This document shows, piece after piece, positions 1 to 12,400 of a DNA stretch of 64,000 nt. Below the pieces are notes generated by a model that worked only from the letters and a program-made list of their open reading frames with translations, did no database searches and was not told where the DNA came from. The DNA comes from Neocallimastix sp. 'constans' (lineage: Eukaryota), in assembly GCA_050613775.1 (NCBI GenBank), contig JBODTK010000104.1, positions 124,001-188,000 of the forward strand. The letters are read 5' to 3'. How positions within the stretch are numbered: position 1 is the first letter of the stretch; every line of letters begins with the position of its first letter. The translations under genes were made by a program, and so were the position numbers.

Positions 1-1924
1 GCATATGAATAATGACGAAGATTCATTTCACTTTTATTCATTTTTTCATAGTCATCATAAAATCTTCTTTGATATGGGAATGAATTTGGTAAAGAATTAT
101 CCTGAGATTTTAATTTTATTTCAGAATCATAACCAAAATCTTTTATATGTATATATGTATATATTATTTATTATTAAATAATATATTTTATTAATATAAA
201 TTATAAATTAAATTATATTTAAAATATTAATAATAAATAATATATATTTATAATTTTAAAATATGAACAATCAAGTTTAAATATATAAAAATTAAAATAT
301 ATATATATATATATAATAATGATTAATATAAAAAAGATAATAATGATTAATATAAATAAGATAATGATAATGATTAATGATTAATATATAAAAAAAAAAA
401 AAAAAAGATAATAATGATGATGATTAATATTAAAATTAATGAATTATATATATATAAAGAAAAAAAAAAATTTTTTTTTTTAAAATCTATAAACTTACTA
501 TTATTACGATGACGCCTATCGGTAATTGATGAAGAAGATAATGTTTCACTATCAGAATCTAATGAATCCATTTCTTCTGTTTCCTCTTCCCCTTCTTTTT
601 TATCTGATAAAGAATTCTTATCCTTCTCACCTTCATTTTCATTTCCTGAAAAGACATAAATAATTTCTTCATTTCCTTTTAAAGACTTTTGACTTTTTTT
701 CATCATTCTTCTTTGTCCTTCAATATCTTCATCTTCATCTTTATTTTTAACTTCATCTTTATCTTTATCTTCATCTTCATCATCACTCTCCTTTTCTGAA
801 TCTTCTCTTTCATCATCACCTTCATTACTCTCTATTTCTAAAGTAAATTGTTCATCCGTATTTTCTTGTAATGGCTCATTCATTATAGTTTCTTTTTCAT
901 CTTCAAAAGTAAATTTATTTTTATCATCATCATCAGCATCATCATCCTCTTCTTCATCTTCATCTTCAAGAAGAGGAGAACTTACTAATTCATTAGAATC
1001 TTCCGATAATTTATATTGACCCTCCTCCAAGGATAAATTGGAGGAATCTGAAGACATACCATTTTCAAATAAATCGCCATCAAAACGCATCATTTCCTGA
1101 ATACTATTATATTCTTCATCACTACTTCCCTCACTACTTAATACTGTACTTTCATCCCCTCCTCCTATACGATAATTACGTACTATATTATTGACAAATG
1201 AATTTTGTGTTAAAAGGGATAAAAAGGAATTTAAATTTTTAGCAATCACCGCAATTCTCTGTTTTTCTAAACCAATCTTGACAATTGGAAGATTTCCAAC
1301 ACTTACGGGTCGATTTAGTATATTTGAACCAGTACTCATTAATGAGGTATGTTTAGTAGCGGTTCGACCTGTTTGGAAGCTATTCATTCCCCAGTAAGGA
1401 GAACCTTGAGAGGAATAGGTATTTTCATCATCTTCCTTTAGCCACAGTGCAAAAATATTTTCATGACTAAAATCAACAAATATAGGATAGAAATATTGTG
1501 AAAGCAAATCGTCACTATAAAGATCTAAAAATAGTTCTCTTAATGTTATCTGAACTTCATTAAATTCAGCCGATTTAGTTATAAGACATAAATTACCAGG
1601 TAATGATCTTTTATTATTGTTGTAATAATAGGATGAAGTTTCAGAATAGGATGAAGGAACTGAGTTATTAAAGGTACTTTGTATAGATTTTGTACGACTC
1701 ATTGGTATCGATATATTACTTTTATAAACAGAACCTTTAGCATTTTCACTTGTACCTAAAATGCTATTATCATTATTATTTGTAACCCCTTCTTCTGATT
1801 GTTCATTTAAATAATACTTTATAAATTCAATAAAGAGTTGAGGAAATTTCGGAATAACATTAGATGGTAAAGTCTTAACGTAATGTGATATTACATTTTG
1901 TGTTTTCTTTGGATATTTATTCAT
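1..1924 (-). CDS. Spliced gene running off the left edge; uncharacterised protein with a long Asp/Glu-rich tract and a possible SUKH/SMI1-KNR4-like N-terminal domain. Exon 1 1924..499, exon 2 139..<1
   Basis: Long ORF from ATG 1924. GTAAGT donor at 498 and AAG acceptor at 141-140 give an in-frame phase-1 join (…HRNN/NFGYDSEIKLKSQDNSLPNSFPYQRRFYDDYEKMNKSEMNLRHYSY…) open to the window edge. The hydrophobic tail in the ORF track (374-498) is intron read-through. Confidence 0.8.
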
Positions 1925-2091
1925 CTTGTAATCAACTATTTTCTTAATATATAATGAATATTTATAGAAATTTTACCAATATAAATGTATTTATGACTTT
2001 ATATTACTGATTTTATTTAAATAATTTAAATATATAAAATTTAATTTCTATTATATATATTTGATTTATTTACAAAATTTGAAAGGATTAA

Positions 2092-2125
<34 letters not shown>

Positions 2126-3440
2126 CTTTTAAATTTGTAATTTATTCATGTACAAAATTGTTTACAAAAAAAATTAATTTACTTGTTTATATATTTTACT
2201 CGTTCATTTATCAACATATATACTATATGAAATTTATTGATAAATTTTCAAAATTTATAATTTTTCCTTAATTTATTTATTTATTTTTATTATTATTATT
2301 GTTAATAATTTTGGATATGAAGAATTGACAAACAGATTTTACACATTAAAATTTTACCGATTAATTTTGATTAAATAATATAGTAAGTTAACCTTTACAA
2401 GCCATTTACCATCTTTAATCTTTACTTTTGTTCTGTCCTAGGATAAATATAAACACTCTATAATGTTACAATATATATATAAATAAATTTCCTTGTAAAT
2501 ATACAGTTTTTTTTTATGCTTTTATTAATATATATAAAATAAAAAACAAACAAGAAAACATTTAATAATAAAAAAATAAAAAAAAAATTTTTTTTGTATT
2601 TTATTAAGTTATTCAATACATATACATTTATATATATTATTATTCAGTATATCAACACTTTATACATATATTTACTATTTTATATTTCTTTTTTTTTTTT
2701 TTTTTCCTAAATTTTATTTTATTTTTAAATTTAAATTTTTATTTAATTTCTTATATCACATTTAATATTTAAATAATATTTATTAAATTTCTTTAAATAT
2801 TTAAATCTAAATTAAACAATTATAAATTTCTCAACCAAAAATTAATATAAATTTTTTATTTTCTTTGATTTTAAATCTATCTACTAATAAAAAAATAACT
2901 TTTAAATAGAAATCATTTAATAATCATTCCAATTTAAAACAACATTAATATTAAAATTTTTACATTTATTAATCCTAATTCCTTCTTTTTCACTTCTTTT
3001 TATTTTACTTTTTTTTTTTTTTTTTCACTTTAAAATTTTTATATTTTCTTATTTTGGTCTTTGCATGTGTAAAAGAAAAAAAAAAAAAAAAAAAAATTTA
3101 ATTTTATTTATTAATTTTAATTTTATTCTATTTAATTTTCAATATATTTTAATATATTCATATATATTAAATTATATTATAAAGTTATTATGATATATAT
3201 TAACAATATATTAAATTGATTTAATATTAAAATTTTATAATATATAAAATAGAACCAATATATATTAATATATATTGGATATTAATACATTTACTATTAT
3301 TACAAATATATTTCTATTACTGTATCCATAATTTATTTCATTAATATTATATTAATCGTAATATATTCCTATATATATAAAATAAAATAATATCCATAAA
3401 TATTAATTTTATATATGATTATTAAATTGTAAATATAAAC

Positions 3441-3600
3441 ATATAAATAATTATTATTAAATAGTAAATATTAAATAGTAAATACATGCATATAAATAAT
3501 TATTATTAAATAGTAACTATTAAATAGTAAATACATGCATATAAATAATTATTATGAAATAGTACATACATGCATGTATATAATTATTAAATAATAAATG
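3441..3600. repeat. Degenerate tandem repeat, unit ~49 bp (ATATAAATAATTATTATTAAATAGTAAATATTAAATAGTAAATACATGC)
   Basis: Two near-identical copies and a degenerate third are visible directly. Confidence 0.6.
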
Positions 3601-4319
3601 TAAACATATAAATAATTATTAAATAGCAAATATAATAAATATAAATTTATAATTATATAGAATTATATATCTATAAATATTAATTATAAATAATTATTAA
3701 ATATTTAAACATAAATAATTATTAAATATTAAATATATAACTATTAATTATCATTAATTATTTAAACATAAATAATTATTAATAACTATTAAATATATAA
3801 ATAAATGAACATACTTAATAATCATTAAATTGAATAATATAAATTAATAAATATGAATATTAACATATATTAAATTAGATTTGTGATATGTGACTAAGTC
3901 ATATAATCTCTAAAATCAACCATAAAATTTAATATCAAAAGAAAGAAAAAAAGGAAATCCTATCATTCAATTTGTTATAAATTAAAATTTTAAAAAAAAA
4001 AAAAAAATAAAGTTTATGTGTAGATAGATTGGATTTATTTGGAAATATCAAAAAATAGAATAAAAAAAAATGATTTGTCAAGTAATATATAATAATATAC
4101 AAATCATAATATATTTGGATATATTCAATGACTACTAAAATTAAATCATTCAATAGTAATAGCATAAATTTATTAAAATAAGAAGAAATAACAATATTAA
4201 ACAAAAAAAAAAAAAAATAATAATATATATATATATATAGAATTATGATTAATAATGAATAATCATTTTTTATATATATTGAATTAATACATAATGAATA
4301 ATGTATTATAACACATAAA

Positions 4320-5195
4320 TAATAATAAATAATTAATAATTAAATAATTAAATAATAAATAATAAATAATAAATAATTGAATAATAAATAAGAAAGAATT
4401 AAATAATAAATAATAAATAATAAATAATAAATAATAAATAATAATTAATAAATAACTAATAATAACACAATAATAAATAAATAATAATACAATAATAATA
4501 AATAATAAATAATAAATAATAAATAATAAATAATAAATAATAAATAATAAATAATAATAATAAATAATAAATAATAAATAATTAATAATTAAATAATAAA
4601 TAATTGAATAATAAAAAATAAATAATAAATAATAAATAATAAATAATTGAATAATTGAATAATAAATAATAATAATAAATAATAAATAAATAATAAATAA
4701 TAAATAATTAATAATAAATAAATAATAAATAATAAATAAATAATAAATAATAAATAATAAATAAATAATAAATAATTAATAATTAAATAATAAATAATAA
4801 ATAATAAATAATTGAATAATAAATAATAAATAATAAATAATAAATAATTGAATAATAAATAATAAATAATAAATAATAAATAATGAATAATAAATAATAA
4901 ATAGTTAAATAATAAATAATTGAATAATAAATAATAAATAATAAATAATAAATAATAAATAATAAATAATTATATAATAAATAATTATATAATAAATAAT
5001 AAATAGATAAATAATTGAATAATAAATAATAAATAATATAGAGTATTTATTAATAAATAATAAATAATAAAATAATTATTAATAATTAATAAATAATAAA
5101 TAATAAATAATTAAAAGAATAAAAAGAGTATTTATTATTAAATATTAAATATTAAATATTAAATATTAAATATTAAATATTAAATATTAAATAAT
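4320..5195 (+). repeat. (AATAAAT)n heptamer satellite ending in (TATTAAA)n, with embedded GAGTATTTATT motifs
   Basis: Direct reading; GAGTATTTATT at ~5041 and ~5125. Confidence 0.9.
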
Positions 5196-5426
5196 TGATT
5201 ATATATTAAATATCATAATTGATTCTTTTATCTTCATATATATACTCTTTAGTACTCTGTATATCATAATAGCCTTTTTTTTTAAACAACAAAAAAAATT
5301 CATTCCATAATTTCATTTTTATATAGTAAATTGCACATGCTCTTCATTAATAAAAGACATACATTAATTAAATTTATTATATAATACAATACAATAATAA
5401 ATATTAATATTATTCTTTTTTTTTTC

Positions 5427-5468
<42 letters not shown>

Positions 5469-5499
5469 ATTATAATTATTATTACTATTATTATTATTA

Positions 5500-5544
<45 letters not shown>

Positions 5545-5942
5545 TAATTATTTGTATATTTGTATTGTAGTTAATGAAATTACAATTATTTATATATAAA
5601 CTTTAATAAAACCATTAATGTCATTTTTATATTAAACTTTAATTTCAATAGTATCAATATGGATTCAGAAAAAAGAAAAGTAAAAAGATAAATATATATA
5701 TGAATAAAATTATGGATAATATGGATATACTTTAAACTTTATAATGGACAAAATTAAAATAAAATAAAATAAATAGTAGAAATATGAATATAAAGTACAG
5801 ATTGAATAAAAAAAAATAAAATAAAATAAATAGTAGAATATTAAATATAATTAAAGTACAGATTGAATAAAATAAAGAAAAGAATAAAAAATAAAATAAA
5901 ATGAAATGAAATGAAATAGTTGTAATAATTAACATTTTTAAG

Positions 5943-6017
5943 TTTAAATATTTTTTCACCATAAACTGAATTTTCTTTTTTAAGTAAAATTCAGTTTATG
6001 GTGAAAAAATATTTAAA
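5943..6017. repeat. Perfect 32-bp inverted repeat with 11-nt spacer (hairpin/cruciform)
   Basis: TTTAAATATTTTTTCACCATAAACTGAATTTT (5943-5974) is the exact reverse complement of 5986-6017. Confidence 0.9.
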
Positions 6018-7578
6018 GTCAAAGTTTGACATATTTTAGAAGGTTAACTTTAAATATCTTTTAAATTATTTTATTCCTACTATATATTAAGACAGATGAT
6101 AGAAATTATTTCATATATGAAAAAAAAAAATATAAAATAAAAAAATATACATATTTATATATACATATTAAAATTTATATATATTTATATATATATATCT
6201 TTCTATGTCTGTATAAAATATAGAATTTATAATAATTATATATAAATTCTTTTGATAATTATTGTTATTTATATTATTTTAATTAACATTTATTTTATCT
6301 AATTATTATTTATAGTTTTTATTTTTCTTTTGTATATATCATTAAAGAAATAAATTCAAGTTATTTGAATAATTAAATGACTATTTTATTATTATTATTA
6401 ATTTTTATTATTATTACTTTCTTTTTATTATTATTATTTCTTTTTATTATTATTATTTTTTCTTATTTATTTTATTTTATATTCATTATTTGAAATTTAA
6501 AAAAAAAACTATTAAATATATTTATTTAATATTGTTTTCCTTTTTTTTTTTTTCTCTTTTATTTTAATTAAAAAAAAATTATTAAAAAAAAAATTATTAA
6601 AAAGTAATAATATATAATATATAATAATAATAATAATAATAATAAAATTTAGTATTTTCTAAAAAAAATAAAAAAAATTAAAAAATAAAAATTTTATTGT
6701 CTCAACAAATAATTAATTTAAAAATAAATAAATAAATAAATAAATAATAAATAAATAAATAATAAATAATTAAATATTAAATAATAAATAATAAATAATA
6801 AATAATTGAATAATAAATATGAACTTATTAGTAAATATTAATAAATTATGCTTATGATTTTTAAATGTTTTTTTTTTTTTTTTTTTTTTAAAAAATAATC
6901 ATAAGCATTTATTAACTCTACTATAAAAAGTCATATAATATAAACTCTAAATATAAATTATTAAATATAAACTATTAAGTATATATAGATATAAGTCATA
7001 AATATTGAATATTTAATATTGAATATACATGACCATATAATCCTTTAATCATCTCTTTATGTTGATAGAAAGACAGAGAGAGAGAGATTTGACATAAAAA
7101 AAAAAAACATTCCTTTTTTACTATTCTCTAAATATATATTTTAAATATTTTTTTAAATAAATATATAAATTTAAAATGAAATAAAAAAAAAAATGTTCCC
7201 TTTTCCATATGCACAAACCTTTAATACTCTCTCTTTTTTTTTTTTTTTTTTTATGCATTATTAAAAAAAAAAATTATAATATTATAAATAATAAAATTAA
7301 ACTTTTTTTTTTTTTTTTAATTTTCGTTTTTATTTATTTATTTATTTGGTAAAGAAAAATCTTTCTTTTTTTCTTTTTCTTTTTTTTATTATTTTTATTC
7401 ATATGTATTTTAAATTTCTATATTTTATATTTTCTATATTTTCTATATTTTCTATATTTTCTATATTTTCTATATTTTATTTTTATATTCTATTATTTAA
7501 TATTTCGATATTTTATAATTTTTAATTCTATTGAATTGTTATTCATGGTTAAATTTATAAATTTTTTTTTTCTTTTTT

Positions 7579-7612
<34 letters not shown>

Positions 7613-8451
7613 TAATTTTATTTTTAATCGAATATGTATGATATAAGGTTTAGAAAAAAAAAAAAAAAAAAAAAAACATAAATATCTTCTTTTTTTTTTA
7701 TACCTCTTTAAAAAAAAAAATAATAAAAAATTAACAAAATATATAATATATATAATTAATTTTTTTTTTATTTATTAAATTAATATTTTACTCTTCCCTT
7801 TTTTTTTTCAATTAAAAATTTTTTATTCATTTTTATATTTTTATAAATTTATCATCTGTGAGGCATACTTCAATGAAGGTTACATTAGGCACACGAGGCC
7901 CATGCCCATCTTTTTATTTTTTTTTATTTTTTTTTTATTTTTTTTTTTTTTATTTTTTTTAAAACTGTGAATAAAAAAAAAAAATTTTTTTTAAAAAAAA
8001 AAAATATTAAATTAAAAAATTTCGAATCTTAATCATTATAGAAATCATTTAACTAAATCAAACCTTAATCATTATAAAATGAAGAAACTTTTTTTTTTTT
8101 TGAAAAAAAAAAAAATAAAATTGGAAAATGAAACAATAAAAAAAAAAAAATCTGGTGAATACGAAAGGAAGAAAAAAAAAAATTTTTTTTTTTTTGATTA
8201 ATACTACACAACATTATGGTCTAAAGTCTATTATTAGAAGAAGAAAAAAAAAAAAAGGGATGATAAAAGTTAAACATGCTAATTGACCTCTTCTTAAAAT
8301 GAATTAAGGTCTTTTCTTAATGTAAAAAAAAAAAAAAGATAAAAATAAAAAATAAAATAAAATAATTCAACACAGGATAAAATATATAAATTTATATTGA
8401 ATAGAAGTTCAAAAAAAAAAAAAAAAAGATTATATTTTAATACTATTCAGG

Positions 8452-8487
<36 letters not shown>

Positions 8488-9108
8488 TAGTTAAAAATGC
8501 TTTTCTTTCTTTCTTTCTTTCTTTCTTTATTTATTTATTTATTAATAAATGAATGAATAAATGAATTATTTACTTTTCTTTTCTTTTTTTATTTTATTTT
8601 ATTTTATTTTATTTTATTTACTTATTTTATTTTATCATTTAATATTAATTTACAATTATTAATTACTAATTATGATTAATCACTGATTATTAATTATTAA
8701 TTTACTACTTTTTTTTTTATATTTACTTGGTTAACTTTTTTTTTTTTTTTTTTTTTATATTGATTGTTATTATTGTTGTTGTTTTTACTGATTATTAATT
8801 ATTAATTATTAATTATTACTTATTAATTTACTACTTTTATTTTTTTTTTTTTTTTTTTTTTTTTTATTTATTTACTTGGTAAACTTTTTTTTTTTTTTTT
8901 TATTGATTATTATTATTATTATTGTTGTTTTTACTACTCTGACTATTCTTTACTATTCTTTATTTATTTATTATTATTATTATTATTGGTATTAATAAAT
9001 TATATAAATATTAATATATATATTTATAAATATATATAGATATTTATAAAATTTTTATTAATTATTTTTACTATTTAAATAAATACTAATATAAATACAT
9101 ATTAGTAG

Positions 9109-9144
<36 letters not shown>

Positions 9145-9150
9145 TTATGA

Positions 9151-9183
<33 letters not shown>

Positions 9184-9423
9184 TTAAATACTAATATAAA
9201 TATATATTAGTAGTTTTTTTTTTTTTTTCTTGTTATTATTATTATTTTTATTACTTTTCTTTTTTTTTTTTTTTTTTTTCTCATAATTTTATTATTATTA
9301 TTATTAAAAATTCATTTAATCTATGAATTTAAATATATATATATATATATATATTTCAAAAAAAATTTTTTTTTTTTTTAATTACTTATTTTTTTTTATT
9401 TTTTATTTTTTTTCTATTTTTTT

Positions 9424-12400
9424 TTATCTTAAAATTTTATGAACAATGGATATTATTGGTGATTTGTAATTTTTACTGGAAGAGGAGGAGGAAGGGGAGC
9501 GGTAGGAGGGGGAGGAGGGAGAGGAAGAGGAGGATAAACCGACAGCAGCAGCTTCTTTTTTCATTAAATATTTAGAAATCTTATAATTATGATTATATTT
9601 TTTGGCTATCATGAAAGCAGTGTGTTTATCCTCATTTTGTTCTCGGATATTTGATCCTGATTTAATTAATAATCTTATCAGTTCTAAATCCTCGGAATAA
9701 CGAGATGCGATCATTAAGGCACTCCAGCGATGATGACTTAGCATATTTACCTCCGCACCATTTTCAATTAAAAGTTTAATGATATTCCTATTTTTGTTAT
9801 AGCGTACGGCATACATTAACGGCGTGAATCCATCATCATCACGATTTTGTTGATTAAGATGGGATCCTGCCTCAATTAACAGTTTGACTAATTCGAAATC
9901 AGTCGAATAACGACAGGCTACCATCAGTGGGGTTAAATTTTCTTCTTCTCCATCACCTAAATTGACCTCGGCGCCTCCATACTCAATCAATGTTCTGGTC
10001 ACCTCATGATTTTTATTATATCCTACCGCGTACATTAATGCCGTCCATCCCTCCTTCTTACTCCTATGAGCCATATTCCATCCCATAGTAATGAAATATT
10101 TTATTAGCTCGACGTCATCGGAGTAACGGCAGGCCAGCATGAATAGGTTGCAATGGTTTCTATCCATGATACTTAGGTCACTACCATGGTCCATTAAATA
10201 TTGAATGATATTCCTACTTCTATGATGCTTCAAGGCAGACATTAGTGCCGTCATGCCATCACGGTCTTGATGATTAATGGATGAACCTGCCTCCATTAAT
10301 AATTTGATGATTTCTAAATCGTCAGAGTATTGACAGGCAATGATTAAGGGGGTCTCATCACGATGATTCAATATATTCACCTCGGCACCATTTTCAATTA
10401 AATATCTGACAAGGTTCACATTTTTATTAGCAGAAATGGCATGCATTAACGGGGTCCATCCCTGCTCATCTCGTTCATTAATATCATGTTGGGAATGAAT
10501 CATACCTTTGATCCGTTCTAAATCCCCTGAATTACGACAGGCCCTCACTAACGAGTCGTCATAGTTCAATGGATGCTCCAGAGCACCCATTTCCACTAAA
10601 AATTTGGGGACCCGATTATTTTTATTATATCGTCTGGCCAGCATTAATGCAGTCCATCCATCCCTATTTTGTTGATTAATATTGGTTTCCGAATTAATGA
10701 GCAATTGAATTAATTCGATATCGTCCGAATTACGACAAGCGATCATCAATGGGGTATCATTGTTGTTGTTCTTCAGATTTATATCGGCCCCTCGTTCAAT
10801 CAAAAATTTTGGAATGTCATGATTTCCATTATTTTCTATGGCATTCATGAGGGCGGTCCATCCATTTTTGGTTTGTTGATTGATGTTGGTTTCCGAATTC
10901 ATTAGCAACTTAATTAATTCTAAATCATCCGAATAACGACAAGCGATCATAAAGGCACTCCAGTTTTCGTTGTTGATTAAATTGATGTCGATACCACCAC
11001 TTTCAATTAAAAATTTTGATATCTTGGTATTTCTGTTGTATCTTACCGCACTCATAAGGGCGGTCCATCCAAGCTTGCTCTGTTGATCGATATTGGATCC
11101 CGCTTTAATTAATAATTTAATTAATTCGATGTCTTCTGTGTAGTAGCAGGCAAACTTTAACGCCGTCCAATTACAATTATTGACGATGGTAATATCGGCG
11201 CCACGTTCGATTAGGAGTTTTGAAACATTGGGGTTGCCATTATACTCGATGGCGAGCATTAAGGCGGTCCATCCATCCTTATTCTGTTGATTGATATTTG
11301 ATCCTGCATCAATTAACTGCTTAATTAATTCGAAATCTTCGGAGTAACGGCAGGCAAACATTAATGCGGTCCATTTATGATCATTTAGTAAATTGACATC
11401 GGCACCATGGCTAATTAAAAATTTGGCTATCTCGATAGTTTCATTATATTCTATGGCGATCATTAATGCTGACAATCCGTCTTTCGTTTGTTGATTGATA
11501 TTTGATCCTGCGTCAATTAACAACTGAATCAGTTCGACATCTTCAGAACAGCGACAAGCATGAATTAAGGCATTCCATTTTTCATGATCAATGAGGTGGA
11601 CATCGGCACCACGTTCAATTAAAAACTTGGCTATCTCGAGATTTTTATTGTATTCTATCGCCAACATTAATGCCGTCCATCCCTTTTTTTCCATGTGATT
11701 AATATTTGATCCTACGTCAATTAACCGTTTAATCAATTCCAAATCTTCCGAGCGACGACACGAATACATTAAAGCTGTCCACCTGACATTATTGGATAAA
11801 TTGACATCGGCCCCATTTTCAATTAAAAACCTCGCCATTTCGACATTTTTATTATAGAGAGCATACATTAAGGCGGTCCAACCATACTTATCCTGTTGAT
11901 TGATATTTTCTTTTGCCTTAACGATATATTTAATCGAGTTACAATCATTACAGGTTTGACAAACTTTCATTAATTTGGTGACGCCGTTGACATCGGCTTC
12001 ATTTATATCAATATCAAAACTATCAAAATTGATATGGTTCATTAGTTCAAAATTATTATTGTCTACGATGAAATCAATCAGCGTCTTAATATCAACTCCT
12101 CGGGAGTGAATACTTATTAAATTATTATTTAATTGATTTAGCTCCTTTCCACTTTTGATATCCATTATACCGCGTTTTAATCGGGTCATCGTAATTTCCG
12201 ATTGCTTTCTATAGTAGTCGTTGCCATACTTGTTATCCTTAATAATTTCTTCAATGAATCCACAATCTTTCATAATTTCTTTAATGGCAATATATCGAAT
12301 GGGATGCCTACTCGCATCATTTCCTATAATATATTCAGACATAAACTCGATCACGCTCGAAAATTTATGATCTAAATGATGACTATGGAAATACTTTTTA

